The notes beneath the pieces were generated by a model that was not told where the DNA came from, made no database searches, and was given only the letters and a program-made list of their open reading frames with translations. A stretch of 64,000 nt of DNA from Pocillopora damicornis (lineage: Eukaryota), in NCBI RefSeq assembly GCF_003704095.1, contig NW_020844837.1, forward strand, positions 434,001-498,000, in the 5' to 3' direction. The position numbers were made by a program, and so were the translations under genes. Of the stretch, positions 1 to 14,705 are shown in pieces; within the stretch, counting starts at the first letter, position 1; each line of letters starts with the position of its first letter.

Positions 1-497
1 GCGTACTGTCTTTTCAATGGACTTACGGTAGAGAGAGTGCAGCTTACTTGCTGCAGCCACACAGTTGATAGAAATCTTCGGTGTTCTTTTCCTCGGTAAA
101 AAAAGTCTAGATTTTCACTATGCATGAAAAGAACTAATGGACACAAGACGCTGAATCTCAGGATAGTCATTGCAAGCACTGCACATGAGTTAAAATTTAA
201 AATCCCAAAGAGGTCATCAAGGAAATCTTCTACTGACTGATTTATAGCCCGACTAGGGGGCTTTTTGAGGGGAGTGGGAACTGGGAGAGAGAGAAATAAA
301 AGGAAAGCCTTCCTCCTGCTCTCGCTCGGCCCCACTCCCCTTTCCTTGGGAAGGCCTGATACTCGAGCCAACTGATGTTCGCCAGAAACTGGATCATTGG
401 ATTATGCAATTTAAGAGCTTTCATTGCCTTAGCAATCGCGGGTTAAGAGCCATTATACCATGCGCGCATGAAGAAGAGGTATAAAATAAAGTCGGGT

Positions 498-520
498 ATA
501 TATATATATATATATATATA
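498..520. repeat. (TA)n microsatellite
   Basis: TATATA... run of about 11 units. Confidence 0.95.
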
Positions 521-542
521 AGGCTATATGGCCACCGTAAAG

Positions 543-2096
543 AAATCCGAGTTGCACGAAAATTACCCGAGTTAAATCCGAGTTGCACAAATATTACTCG
601 AGTCATAATAACCTAGCTCCGGCAAATTTTTAGAATGATAAAGAATCGTATCAAACAGCACAAACTTTCCATTGACAAGACACAAGTCGTACTCTCTCTT
701 TCTGATGAGCTGATCACACATGCACACTTGTGTATCTTGATGGCATCAGACACATGTTCTAATGCCACTGGCTCGGCACAGAGCCTTCCAATTCTTCGTG
801 GTCTTCATCTATCTTGTGAGCTCTCGTGTTCCTGTAGCTCTTCATCATCATCATCATCGATCACCGGAAGTTCAATTTTCTGACTCATACTTTTCCGTCT
901 GTTCTTCTTCAACACAGCAGGTGAGTCATTGATACTAGCAGAAAGAAACTTAATTCATTCGGTAATATATTACATAATTCATATATTTTAATAACCAGCG
1001 TGATAGACGTACTTCCCATCAACGCTTCTGCCAGCCCGCGAAAAAACGTCTGCGATCCCAAACGATTTCCGTGAAGTCATAATTTTTTGACCAATCATAT
1101 TTTTACTCTTTTTTTTGTCAAGCTAACAAGCGGGGGGCAAAATGGCGCCCTCTGAAAATACGGCTGTAACAATGAAGGACTGATATTCCAAAATGACCAA
1201 GCAGTCAATACCTGCACCTTTTGGATTTATTCTTACCTCTATGGTAATTATCTAAAATATAGAACTATTATAGTATTTTAAAGTCTCCCTCGGTTACAGG
1301 TCAGCTTTCTTCGTAAAAGAAACGAGGTCCACGTAGAGCGACTTAGTCCCGTTAAGTTTATCCTCGAAAACCGTTTTAGTCTCACAATTACGCCCAAACA
1401 AACTATTGAAATATTCCGGTTGACTATTAACCCAATGAATACAAACGAAACAGTTATGTAAAATTCCCCCAGTATACATTTCAGGAAGCGGAGAACTCTC
1501 CTTAAGAGCTGTAGGAGAACACAGATCAACGAGGACTGGTAATGAATCCTGTGGTGATCTTGGAGCTTGGTAGAGAAAAAAGAGGAATTCAGTTGTTCAG
1601 TTTACATCGTAACTTTGAAAGACAAAATAACAAAATCCTCTCTTACAATCCTCTCTTCAAGGGTAAACCGTGAACTGAAGGGACAGAGCAAAATGCTTTT
1701 TTTAGAGAGGCGTCCCCAAGGAGAGGTTCGACAGCATAAAGACAAAAAGTAAATCAAAAGGAATCGAATAAAACTGGTTAAAAAGAAAAATATTTAAAAA
1801 TCATCCCAGAAGTAATATGTGCGGTTCGCCACATATTTTTTTTTTCTGCCGTTATTCGATCATTCGACAAATATCATTCAAAATGAGAATATTTCACATC
1901 TTCTAATTGCCTTTTGAAAACAGAGGCTAAGCTAAGGCTTAAAAACTTAAATATTTTGATGTTGTTGCAACAATCAGCTGCAAACCACTTCGAGTATAGA
2001 GGATAAGGTTGTTAAGATGCTGTATCAGTGGGAGTGTTATATGGTGATTTGCTTTTATCACCGGAGTTGATGATGTAAACTGGTCATTGTAAAGAG
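543..2096. repeat. Left arm of ~1.55 kb inverted duplication (partner 23364-24947)
   Basis: Colinear reverse-complement match along its length, e.g. 1910-2096 vs 23364-23550 and 605-700 vs 24790-24885. Scattered substitutions and indels. Confidence 0.95.
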
Positions 2097-3596
2097 TTTC
2101 TAAGGTCGACGTTTCGAGACTTAGTCGAAATGTTAGCTTTAGAAAATAATTACGGTGGCCAATTTAAATCAACAACTCGGTTAATAAAGCCAAATCACTT
2201 TGAGTATAAGTCACAAACCTGACTTGGCTGAAATCTATTCGTGTCGTCGCCTTAGGGTATAATGAACATCTCACTGTCAATTTTCGCCTGTATTTTTTGC
2301 CAGGCAGTCATGGTATTCTCACCCGAAGGAAGAGAATGCCGTAGTCCCTGAGGTATGATCATTCTTTCCTGGTTATTTGGGATCTTTCGGGGCCAGGTAC
2401 TGGGACCCCCGATGGGGGATATAGGGTGCCAAGTGAAATTTGTCCTGAAAATCCTGATTCAGCTGCAACTAAATTGTGGGCTCGGAGAACCCAAAAAAAA
2501 GTGCAAAAATAAAACAGTTCAAGTGGTAAAATCCGCTCAAAAGTATTAAGGGAGGGACACATGAGGAGCCCTTTGGGACTTTCAGGCTGAGAAAAATAAC
2601 ACTATGTGTTCTTTAAAATATTTTTCTAGAGGAAAGAATAATCCAACACCAAATATACTTTCGTAGTCTCCTTCGCACCATGTGTTTGGTTTATCGTTAA
2701 GTAATATGCTTTCCCCATCCCACCCACCCCCCCCCCTCCCCCAAAAGCGTTGCGTGCCACCCCAAACCACGGCTGCGAAAGAGATTAACAGCCTCAACGT
2801 ATAAGAAAAAGGGATTTGTAGAAGTCTTTAAATTGAAGAAACTAAGCGGGTAGTTGATGTGACGAGATTAAATAGTGGGATAACTTACTGTGGCCTGGAT
2901 GGCCTCCCTGTCAGGTAATGAATTTTCATCAGCTGTTTCCACATCTTCACGAGAATACATCACATCCTGGTCAGAAATACCGAATATGTCTGTAGAAAGG
3001 CAACACTTCATTAAATTCAATGAAGATAATGGCTGAAAGTAAACTGTTACTCTCCTTAAATGGGGCACTATTTGTTCCCTAATCCATGGGCTAAATGATT
3101 TCTCAATTGTTTTAAAGAAAGAGATCAAGGACATTGAACAAAAAAACAATAAAACGGCAAATGATATTCACAATTCAGAAGAGAAAAATTCAAGGAACGT
3201 AGCTGGCCCGACAATTCACATAAAACGAACTCCATTGCCAAAGAACCCAGATCCCACACTCCAGAGTAGATGTACAGATTTGACATGCCCCAATTCATGC
3301 CCGTTAAAATTGCCACCGTGCGTGTATTGTTATTGAATGAGAGATCGTTATAAAAGGGTTGGTAAACGGTCTAAATTTCATGAAACTTTTTTCAGGTGGT
3401 ATAGATAACAAACATCTATAAGAAATCGTTTCCTTTCAGTTACTCACTCAAGGTGTGTAAAAACTTGATGTGTTTTTCCAGTTCATTGTCAGTTTTTCTG
3501 TGTTTCGAGTGCATCTGATCAAGCTGTAGTTGCGTTTTTGAATGATGAGGATCTTCCAGTGTGAACAAGTCACGTAACTCTTGGTGACAGAAATAC
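666..3596 (-). pseudogene. ERCC6L: Decayed 3' half of ERCC6L/PICH-like SNF2 DNA translocase (copy 1)
   Basis: Manually spliced minus exons: 3596-3448 (YFCHQELRDLFTLEDPHHSKTQLQLDQMHSKHRKTDNELEKHIKFLHTL), 2989-2889 (NIFGISDQDVMYSRED...AIQAT), 2490-2323 (VLRAHNLVAAES...), 1566-1478 (...PVLVDLCSP...), 934-666 (acidic). Resembles the post-helicase region of human PICH as recalled (YFSKQELRELF...GISDHDLMY). Lesions: acceptor GG instead of AG before 2490, in-frame TGA at 2359-2361, acceptor AA before 1566, and frameshifting indels (-14, -4, -1 nt vs copy 2) in the acidic exon. Confidence 0.85.
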
Positions 3597-6500
3597 CTGT
3601 AAGATGAAGTCATTTTTAGATTTAAGGTACTTTTTGCCTATTTCAAGACAGTGTAAGCTCTTAAAATAAATGACAAAAGCTCCTTGAATGGAGAAGTTAT
3701 AATGACAAACGGAATTGAGAAAGTCATGTTCAAGCCGGCACTGACAGCTGGGACCCTGAGGGCTCAGTAAGAGCGAAACAAGTGAAAAACCAATTCAAGC
3801 TATAGATTAAAGTTTAGTTCTTGCTCTGCTTTGTCACCCAGCACAGGCAATGTAATGGTTCTGATCTATGACGATGCAAAATAACNNNNNNNNNNNNNNN
3901 NNNNNNNNNNNNNNNNNNNNNNNNNNNNNNNNNNNNNNNNNNNNNNNNNNNNNNNNNNNNNNNNNNNNNNNNNNNNNNNNNNNNNNNNNNNNNNNNNNNN
4001 NNNNNNNNNNNNNNNNNNNNNNNNNNNNNNNNNNNNNNNNNNNNNNNNNNNNNNNNNNNNNNNNNNNNNNNNNNNNNNNNNNNNNNNNNNNNNNNNNNNN
4101 NNNNNNNNNNNNNNNNNNNNNNNNNNNNNNNNNNNNNNNNNNNNNNNNNNNNNNNNNNNNNNNNNNNNNNNNNNNTTCTAAACATATGAAATAATATGAA
4201 ACTAAAAAAAGATAAAGTTTCTAAGGTAGCCTCACTAGCCATAAAAAGATCCGGCTGCACCCAATTCAAGAATGGTTCCTTTACTTTCTTTTATCGTAAT
4301 GTCGATTTTTGTTATGTGAGTCAGGATCGTGGACGAAGTATTTGAGTGTCCACTATAGCGAGAAAAAAAAATCAAATGTCTCACTGCGGGAGGGGCATGA
4401 AATTGTCCACATTAACAATCAAACAAAACATGACGAAACCAGTGCACGAGTCCCTAACGTGACAAACAATCAAACCGAACACGTACAACACAGTGCGCGA
4501 GACACTAACGTGACAAACAATCCAACAGAACACAGAGAAAACGGTGCACGAGACACTAACGTAACAAAGAATCACACAGAACAGATACAAAACAGTCCGT
4601 GAGACACTAATGTAACAAACAGTCGACAGAACAGATAAAAAACAGTGCACAAAAACCGAACGTAACAAACAGTCAACAGAACACATACAAAACAGTACCC
4701 GAGGCACTAACATGACAAACAATCCAACACAACACATTCAAAACGGTGCGCAAAACACTACCCTAAGTAAAAATCTTACAAAACACATTCAAAACAGTGC
4801 CTAAGGCACTAACGTACCAAACAATCAAAGAGAAAACATACAAAAAAACTGTCGACAGAACATATACAAAACAGTGCCCGAGGCACTAACGTGACAAACA
4901 ATCCAACACAACACATTCAAAACATTGCACAAACAACAAACGTACCAAACAATCAAACAGAACACATTCAAAACGGTGCGCGATGCACTAACTTACCAAA
5001 CAGTCATACAGAACACATTCAAAACGGTGTGCAAAACACTCACGTGACAAAAATCTTACAGAACACATTCAAAACAGTGCGCAAGGCACTAACGTACCAA
5101 ACAGTAAAACAGAACACATAAAAAACACTGCGCAAGGCACTAACGTCATAGAGTCAACAAAAAAATACAAAACAGTGCGGGAGACATTAACGTAACAAAC
5201 TCTCAAGAAAACTCATACCAAACAGTACGCAAGACACTAGAGTCACAAAAAGGCAATAGAACACATAAAAAACAGTGCGCCAAACTCGAACGTAACAAAC
5301 AGTCGATAAAACACGTAGAAAACAGTGCCCGAGGCACTAACATGACAAAACAATCCAACAAAACACATTCAAAACAGTGCGTAAAACACTAACGTCACAA
5401 AAATTAAACAAAACGAATACAAAACATTGCGCAAGGCACTAACGTACCCAACAATCAAACAGAACACACTCAGAACACTGCACGAGCCACTAACATACCA
5501 AAAAATCAAACAGAACAAATACAAAACAGTGCGCAAGGAACTGACGTGACATACAATCAAACAGAACACATGCAAAACAGTGTCCGAGGAACTTACATGA
5601 CAAACAATCCAACAGAACACATTGAAAACAGTGCGCAAAACACTAGTGACAAAAAGGCAACAGAACACATAAAAAACAGTGCACGAAACTCGAACGTAAG
5701 AAACACATAAAAAACAGAACACATAAAAAACAGTGCCCAACGCACTAACGTAAAAAAAATTCTTACAGAACACATTCAAAACAGTGCGCGAGAAACTACC
5801 ATACCAAACAATCATAAGAACACATTCAAAACGGTGCGCAAAACACTAACGTAAGTAGAAGCCTTCCAGAACACATTCAAAACAGTGCGCGAGGCACTAA
5901 CGTACCAAACAATCAAAGAAAAGATATACAAAACAGTGCGCAAGCCCCTAACGTAACAAACTGTCAAGAAAACTTATACCAAACAGTGCGCGAGACACTA
6001 GAGTGACAAAAAATCTTACCAAACCACCATAAAGGACACATACAAAAAAGTGCACAAGGCACTGACGAGACGCAAAACAGTATACGAGGAACTAACGTGA
6101 GAAACAATGAAACAGAACACATTCAAAACAGTGCGCAAAACACTAACATAACAAAAAATCTTACAGAACACATTCCAAACAATGCTCGAGGCACTAACGT
6201 ACCAAATAATCAAAACACATTTAAAACGATGCGCAAAACACTAGCGTGACTAAAAACCTTACGGAACACATTCAAAACAGTGCGCAAGGCATTAACGTAC
6301 CAAACAATCAAACAGAACAGATACAAAACACTGCCCTGGGCACTAACGTCACAAACACTCAACAAAACACATAAAAAACAGTGCGCAAAACACAAACGCA
6401 ACAAAGAATCGTACAGCACACATTCCAAACAGTGCGCGAGTCACTAACGTACCAAACAATCATACAAAACACATACAAAACAGTATGCAAGGAACTGACG

Positions 6501-8409
6501 TGACATACAATCAAACAGAACCCATGCAAAACAGTGTGCCAACAACTAACGTGACAGAGAATCGAACACAACACATTCAAAACAGTGCGCAAAACACTAA
6601 CGCAACAAAAAATAAAAAAGAACACACACAAAAGAATACATAGAATCCAAAAGAACACATGAAAAACAGTGTGCAGGGAACTAAAGTGAGAAACAATCCA
6701 ACAGAACACATTTAAAACAGTGCCCAAAACACTAACGTAACAAAAATTCGTACAGAACACATCCCAAACAGTGCAAGACACACTAACGTATCATACAATC
6801 ATAAAGAACACATTCCAAACGGTGCGCAAAACACTAACGTAAGTATAAATCTTACAGAACACATTTAAAACAGTGCGCAAAGCATTAACGTACAAAACAA
6901 TCAAACAAAACGCATGCAAAACACTGCGCAAGAAACTAACGTCACAAACAGTCAACATAACACATACAAAACACTGCGCGAGACACCAACGTACAACTGT
7001 TATGAAAAATCATACCAAACAGTACGCGAGACACTAGAGTGACAAAAAAGCAACAGAACACATGAAAAATAGTGCACGAAACTCAAACGTAACAACCAGT
7101 CGACAGAACACATCCAAAACAGTGTCCGAGGCACTATCGTGACAAACAATCCCACATAACACATTCAAAACAGTGCAACACACTAACGTAACAAAAAATT
7201 GAACAGAACACATTCAAAACAGTGTCCGAGGCACTACCGTACCCAACAATCATACAGAACACATTCAAAAGAATGCGCAAAACACTTACAAAAGTAAAAA
7301 TCTTAAGGAACACATTCAAAACAGTGCCCAAGACACTAATGTACGAAACAATCAAACAGTAAAAATGCAAAACACTGCGCATGGCACTAACGTCACAAGG
7401 AGTCACCAAAAAAACAAAAAACAGTGCGCGACACACTAACGTAACAAACTGTCAGGAAAACTCATACCAAACAGAGCGAGAGACACAAGAGTGACAAAAA
7501 GGCAACACAACACAAACAGTGCACAAAACTCGAACGTAGCAAACAGTCGACAGAACACATCAATAACAGTGCACAAGGCATAAACGTGACTAAGCATCCA
7601 GCGCAACACATTCAAAACAGTGCGCAAAACGTTAACGTAACAAAATATCGTACAGAACACATTCAAAAGAGTACGCGAAGAGCTGACGTACAAAACAATA
7701 AAAGAACACATTTAAAACTGTGCGCAAAACCCTAACATCAAAAAAAATCTTTCACAACACATTCAAAATAGTGCGCGAGGCACTAACGTATCAAAGTATC
7801 AAACAGAACACAAACAAAACAGCTCGCAAGCAACTGACGTGACATACAATAAAACAGAACACATGCAAAAAAGTTTGCAAGGAGCTTACGTAACAAACAA
7901 TCCAACAAAACATATTCAAAACAGTGCGTAAAACACTAACATCACAATAAATCGTACAGAACACATTCAAAACAGTGCACGAGGAACTGCCGTACTAAAC
8001 AATCATACAGAACACATTCAAAACGGTGCGCAAAACACTAACGTAAGTAAAAGTCTTCCAGAACATATTCAAAGGAGTGCGTAAGGCACTAACGTACCAA
8101 AGAATAATATAGAACACATACAAAACAGTGCGCAAGCAACTGACGTAACACATAAAAAACAGTGTGAGAGAAACTAACGTGAAAAAAAAACCAAACACAT
8201 CATATTCAAAACAGAGCGCAAAACACTAACCTAAATAAAAAACAGAAAACATTCAAAACAGTGCGCGGGGCACTAACGTACCAAACCATTATGCAGAACA
8301 CATTAAAAACGGTGCCCAATACACTAACGTGACTAAAAATCTTACAGAACACATTAAAAAAAGTGTACAAAAAACTAACGTACCAAATGATCAAACAGGA
8401 CACATGCGC

Positions 8410-8463
8410 AACACTGCGCAAAACACTGCGCAAAACACTGCGCAAAACACTGCGCAAAACACT
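8410..8463 (+). repeat. 12-bp sub-repeat (ACACTGCGCAAA)x4 inside the satellite
   Basis: acactgcgcaaa repeated four times, consistent with local slippage. Confidence 0.9.
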
Positions 8464-8837
8464 AACCTAACCACAAATTGTACAAAATACATTTAAAACA
8501 GTGCGCGATGCACTAAAGTACCAAACAATTATACAGAACACATTCAAAACGGCGCGGAAAGCACTAACGTAACAACAAATCTTAAAAAACACAATAAAAA
8601 CAGTGCGCAAGGAACTAAAGTACCAAACACTCAAACACAACACAGATTAAGCATTGCACAAGGAACTAACGTGACAAAGCATCAAACAGAAGACATTCAA
8701 AACAGTGCAGAAAACACTAACATAAAAAAAGATCGTNNNNNNNNNNNNNNNNNNNNNNNNNNNNNNNNNNNNNNNNNNNNNNNNNNNNNNNNNNNNNNNN
8801 NNNNNNNNNNNNNNNNNNNNNNNNNNNNNNNNNNNNG

Positions 8838-9345
8838 GAGCGAAACAAGTGAAAAACTAATTCAAACTATAGATTATAGTTTGGTTCTTGCCCTGCTTTG
8901 TCACCCAGTACAGGCAATGTAATGGTTCTGATCTTAAACGATGCAAAATAATACAGTCAACTCCCGTTATTGCGGAAACCCGCAGAAGGGGGGGGGAGGG
9001 GGGGAAAGAAGATTTAGTGTCCGTAATAGCGGGGGTACGAGAGAAAAATTAATTGATTTGTCTCTAAACATACGAAATAATATGTAACTACAGATAAAGT
9101 TTTTAAGGTGGTCTCACGAACCATAAAAAGATCCGACCGCACCCCGGAAGGTAAAGAAACCATTCTTGAATAGGCTATTCAAGAATGGTTTCTTTACCTT
9201 CCTTTATCGTAATGTCGATTTATATTATGTGAGTCAGGATTGTGGACGAAGAATTTGAGTGTCCACTATAGCGAGAAAAAAACAAATCAAATGTCGCACT
9301 GGGGTAGGGGTATGAAATTGTCCATATTAACAATCAAACAAAACA
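8838..9345 (+). repeat. Diverged direct duplicate of 3771-4430 (unique intronic sequence at the satellite junction)
   Basis: gagcgaaacaagtgaaaaac...gatgcaaaata and ...aagaatggtt...gagtcaggat...tgaaattgtcca occur at both places, each running directly into satellite. Confidence 0.92.
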
Positions 9346-10156
9346 CAATGAAACCATAAATAAGTCACTTACGTGACAAACAATCAAAAAGAACACATAC
9401 GAAACAGTGCGCGAGACACTAACGTAACAAACAGTCAACAGAACGCATACAAAACAGTGCGCGAGACACTAACGTAACAAACAGTCAACAGAACACATAC
9501 AAAACAGTGCGCGAGACACTAACTTGACAAACAGTTAACAGAACACATACAAAACAGTGAGCGAGACATTAACGTGACAAATAATCAAACAGAACACATA
9601 CAAAACAATGCGCAAGACACGAACGAAACAAACAATCAAACAGAGCACACAAAACGGTGCGCGAGGCACTAACGTGACAAACAATGAAACAGAACACATA
9701 CAAAACAGTGCGCGAGGTACTAACGCGACAAACAATCAAACAGAACACATACAAAACAGTGTGCGAGACACTGGCGTGACAAAGAATCAAACAGAACACA
9801 AATAAAACAGTGAAAGAGACACAAACGCCACAAAGACTCAAACAGAACACATTCTAAACAATGCGTTAAGACTAAGGCAACAAACAACAAAACAGAACAC
9901 ATACGAAACAGTACGCGAGACTCTAACGTGAAAAACAGTCAAACAGAACACAGAGAAAAGTCACTAATGTAACATACAATCAAACACAGTGAAAACAGTG
10001 CGCTGTATACTAACGTAACAAACAATCAAACAGAACGCAGAAAAAAACAGAGCTCGAAAAGAGCACGAAACAGTATGTCAACTTATAATCGAGTAGAACA
10101 AACACATGACCAGCTGGAATTCCCCACGAAAGATAAAACGATCTCTTTGGTTTTAC

Positions 10157-10300
10157 CTGAAGGGATTCTTGGACAAGCCTGTGGTCTGCTTCATCAGAGC
10201 ATCTTTGAAGATCTGCTTGCGGTAAATCTTCTCTTCAAGTGTTCCACATGTGATTAGCCGGTAAATAACAACAGTCTTTTTCTGTCCAATTCTGTAAACT
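10157..10300 (-). CDS. ERCC6L: Isolated intact ERCC6L/PICH exon (SF2 helicase motif VI and following segment)
   Basis: AG/GT-bounded 144-nt phase 2-2 exon reads [49 protein letters not shown], closely matching recalled human [53 protein letters not shown]. Phase-compatible with exon 3596-3448. Lies on a small gap-bounded contig (8837-10312). Confidence 0.9.
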
Positions 10301-13300
10301 CTGTTTACAAAANNNNNNNNNNNNNNNNNNNNNNNNNNNNNNNNNNNNNNNNNNNNNNNNNNNNNNNNNNNNNNNNNNNNNNNNNNNNNNNNNNNNNNNN
10401 NNNNNNNNNNNNAAACCTAACACAACATATTCAAAACAGTGCACAAAAAACTAACCTAATAAAAAGTCGTAGAGAACACTTTCAAGGCAGTGCACGAGGC
10501 ATTAACGTACCAAACAGTTATACAGAACACATTTAAAACGATGTACAGTACACTAACATGACTACAAATCTTACAGAACAATTTCAAAACGTGCGCAAGG
10601 ACCTAACGTACCAAAGAATGAAACAGAACACATACAAAAAAGTGTGCAAAACACTAACCTTACCACAAATCGCACAAATCACATTCAAAACAGTGCGCGA
10701 TGCGCTAAACTACCAAAATATCATGCAGAACACATTCAAAACGGTGCGCAAAGCACTAAGATAACTACAAATATTAAAAAACACGATAAAAACAGTGGGA
10801 AAAGAACTAACGTACTAAACACTTAAACACAACCCATAAAAAAACACTGCGCAAGGAACTAACGTGACAAACCATCAAACAAAACACATTGAAAACAGTG
10901 CATAAAACACTAACGTAAAAAAACATCGTACAGAACCCATTCAAAACAGTGCGCGAGGAACTACCGTACAAAACAACCATACACAACACATTCAAAACGG
11001 TGCGCAAAACACTAATGTAAGTAAATGTCTCCCAGAACATATTCAAAGGAGTGCATAAGGCATTAACGTACCAAAGAATAATACATAACACATACAAAAC
11101 AGTGCGCAAGCAACTAACGTGACATACAATCAAACAGAACACATGCAAAAAAGTGTGTGAGGAGCTAACATGAAAGAAAACCAAGCACAACATATTAAAA
11201 ACAGTGCGCAAAACACTAACCTAACAAAAAAATCGTACAGAACACATTCAAAACAGTGCGCGAGGCACTAACGTACGAAACAATTATACAGAACACATTC
11301 AAAACGGTGCGCAATACACTATCGTGACTAAAAATCTTACAGAAAACATTCAAAACAGAGCGCAAGGAGTTAACGTACCAAACAATCAAACAGAACACAT
11401 ACAAAACAGTGCGCGAGGCACTAAACTACAGCCAAATCGTACAAAACAATACAAAAAAACCAAACAACATATTCAAAACAGTGCGCAAAATACTAACGTC
11501 ACGACAAATCATACAAAACACAATCAAAACTGTGCACGAGGCACTAAACTACAAAAGAATCATACAGAACACATTCAAAACTGTGCGAAAAGCACTAATA
11601 TAACTACAAATCTTAAAAAACACAATAAAAACAGTGCGCAAGAAACAAACGTACCAAACACTCAAACACAACACATAAAAAACACTGCCCAAGAAACTAA
11701 CGTGACAAACCATGAAACAGAACACATTCAAAACCGTACATAAAACAGTAACGTAAAAAAATCATACAGAACCCATTCAAAACAGTGCGCGAGGAACTGC
11801 CGTACAAAATAATCATACAGAACATATTCAAAACGGTGCGCAAAACACTAACGTTAGTAAAACTCTTCCAGAACACATTCAAAAGAGTGCGCAAGGCACT
11901 AACGTACCAAAAAATAACACAAAACACACACAAAGAGTGCGAGAGCAAGTGACGTGACATACAATCAAAACAGAACAAATGCCAAACAGAGTGCAAGAAG
12001 GTAACGCGAAAAAAAACCAACACAACATATTCAAAACAGTGTGCAAAACACTAACGTAACAAAAACTCGTACAAATTACTTTCAAAACAGTGCACCAGGC
12101 ACTAACGTACCAAACATTCATACAGAACACATTCAAAACGGTGCGCAATACACTAACCTAACCACAAATCGTACAAAACACATTCAAAATAGTGCGCGAT
12201 GCACTAAACTACCAAATAATCATACAGAACACATTCGAAACGGTGCGCAAAGCACTAACGTAACTACAAATCTTAAAAAGCACAATAAAAAGCACTGCGC
12301 AAGGAACTAACGTGACAAACGATCAAACAGAACACATTCAAAACAGTGCATAAACACTAACCTAAAGAGAGATCGTACAGAATCCATTCAAAACAGTACG
12401 CAAACTAGGAACTACCGTACCTAACAATAATGAGGAACACATTCAAAACGGTGCGCAAAATACTAACGTAAGTAAAAGTCTTCCAGAAGACATTCAAAAG
12501 AGCGCGCAAGGCACTAACATACAAAAGAATAATACAAAACACCTACAAAACAGTGCGCAATCAACTGACGTAACATACAATCAAACAGTACACATGCAAA
12601 ACAGTGTGCAAGAAGCTAACGTGAAAAAAAAACCAAACACAATATATTCAAAACAGTGCGCAAAACACTAACGTAAAGACAACTCGTACAGAACACTTCA
12701 AAAACAGTGCACGGAGCACTAACGTACCAAACAATCATACAGAACACATTCAAAAAGGTGCGCAATACACTAACGTGACTACAAATCTTACAGAACACAT
12801 TCAGAAAGGTGCGCAAGCAGCTGACGTACGAAACAATCAAACAGAACACATACAAAACGGTGCACAAAACACAAACCTAACCACAAATCGTAAAAAACAC
12901 ATTCAAAACAGTGCACGATGCACTAAAGTACCAAACAATCATACAGAACACATTCAAAACGGTGCGCAAAGCTTTAACGTAACTACAAATTTTAAAAACC
13001 ACAATAAAAACAGTACACAAGGAACTAACCTACCAAACACTCAAACACAACACCTAAAAAGCACTGTGCAAGGAACTAACGTGACAAACCATCAAACACA
13101 ACACCTTCAAAACAGAGTATAAAACACTAACATAAAAAAAGATCGTACAGAACCCATTCAACACAGTGCAAAACTAAAAGTCTTCCAGAACACAAGAGTG
13201 CACAAGGCAGTAGCGTACCAAAAAATAATACAGAACACATACAAAACAGTGCGCAAGCAACTGACATAACTTCAAACAGTACACATGCAAAACAGTCTGC

Positions 13301-14678
13301 AAGAAGCTAACGTGAAAAAAAACCAAACACAACATATTCAAAACAGTGCGCAAAATACTAACCTAATAAAAAATCGTACAGAACACATTCAAAACAGTGC
13401 ACGAGACACTAACGTACAAAACAATTATACAGAACACATTCAAAACGGTGCGAAATACACTAACGTGACTACAAATCTTAAAGAACACATTCAAAAAAGT
13501 GTGTAAGGAACTAACGAACCAAACAATCCAACAAAACACATAGAAAACAGTGAGAAAAACAGTAACGTAACCACAAATCCTACAAAACACATTCAAAACA
13601 GTGTGCGATGCACTAAAGTTCGAAACAGTCATACAGAACACATTCAAAACGGCGTGCAAAGCACTAACGTAACTATAATTCTTAAAAAACACAATAAAAA
13701 CAGTGCGCAAGAACCGAACACTCAAACACAACACATAAAAGACACTGCGCAAGGAACTAACGTGACAAACCATGAAACAGAACACATTCAAAACCGTGCA
13801 TAAAACACTAACTTAAAAAAAATCAAACAGAACCCATTCAAAACAGTGCCCGAGGAACTACCGTACCAAACAATCATACAAAACACATTGAAAACGGTGC
13901 ACAAAACACTAACGTAAGTACAAGTCTTCTAGAACGCATTGAAAAGAGTGTGCAAGGCACTAAAATACCAAAAAATAATACAGAACACATACAAAACGCT
14001 GGGCAACCAACTGACGTGACATACAATCAGGAAACATCCAAAACACTGTGCAAAGAGCTAACTTGATAAAAAAAAACAAACACAACATATTCAAAACAGT
14101 GCACAAAACACTAACGTAACCAAAACTCGTACAGAAGACTTTCAACACAGTGCGCGAGGCACTAACCTACCAAATAATCCTACACAGCACATTCAAAACG
14201 GTCTGCAATACACTAACGTGACTAAAAACCTCACAGAACACGTTCAAAAAAGTGCGCAAGGAACTAACGTACGAAAAAATCAAAGAAAACACATACAAAA
14301 CAGTGCCCAAGACGCTAACCTAACAACTAATCGTACAAAACCCATTCAAAACAGTACGCGATGCACTAAAGTGCCAAAACATCATACAAAACACATTAAA
14401 AACGGTGCGCAAAGCACTAACATAGCTACAAATCTTACAAAACACAATAAAAACAGTGCGAAAGGAACTAACGTACCAAACATTCAAACACAACACACAC
14501 AAAAACACTGCGCAAGGAACTAACGTGACAAGCCGTCCAACAAAACACATTCAAAACCGTGCATAAAACACTAACCTAAAAAAAGATCTTACAGAACCCT
14601 TTCAAAATAGTGCGCGAGGAACTACCGTACCAAACAATCATACACAACACATTCAAAACGGTGCGCAAAATACTAACG

Positions 14679-14705
14679 TAACCCTAACCCTAACCCTAAC
14701 CCTAA
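14679..14705 (-). repeat. Interstitial telomeric repeat (TTAGGG)4 within satellite
   Basis: taaccctaaccctaaccctaaccctaa on + strand. Confidence 0.9.
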
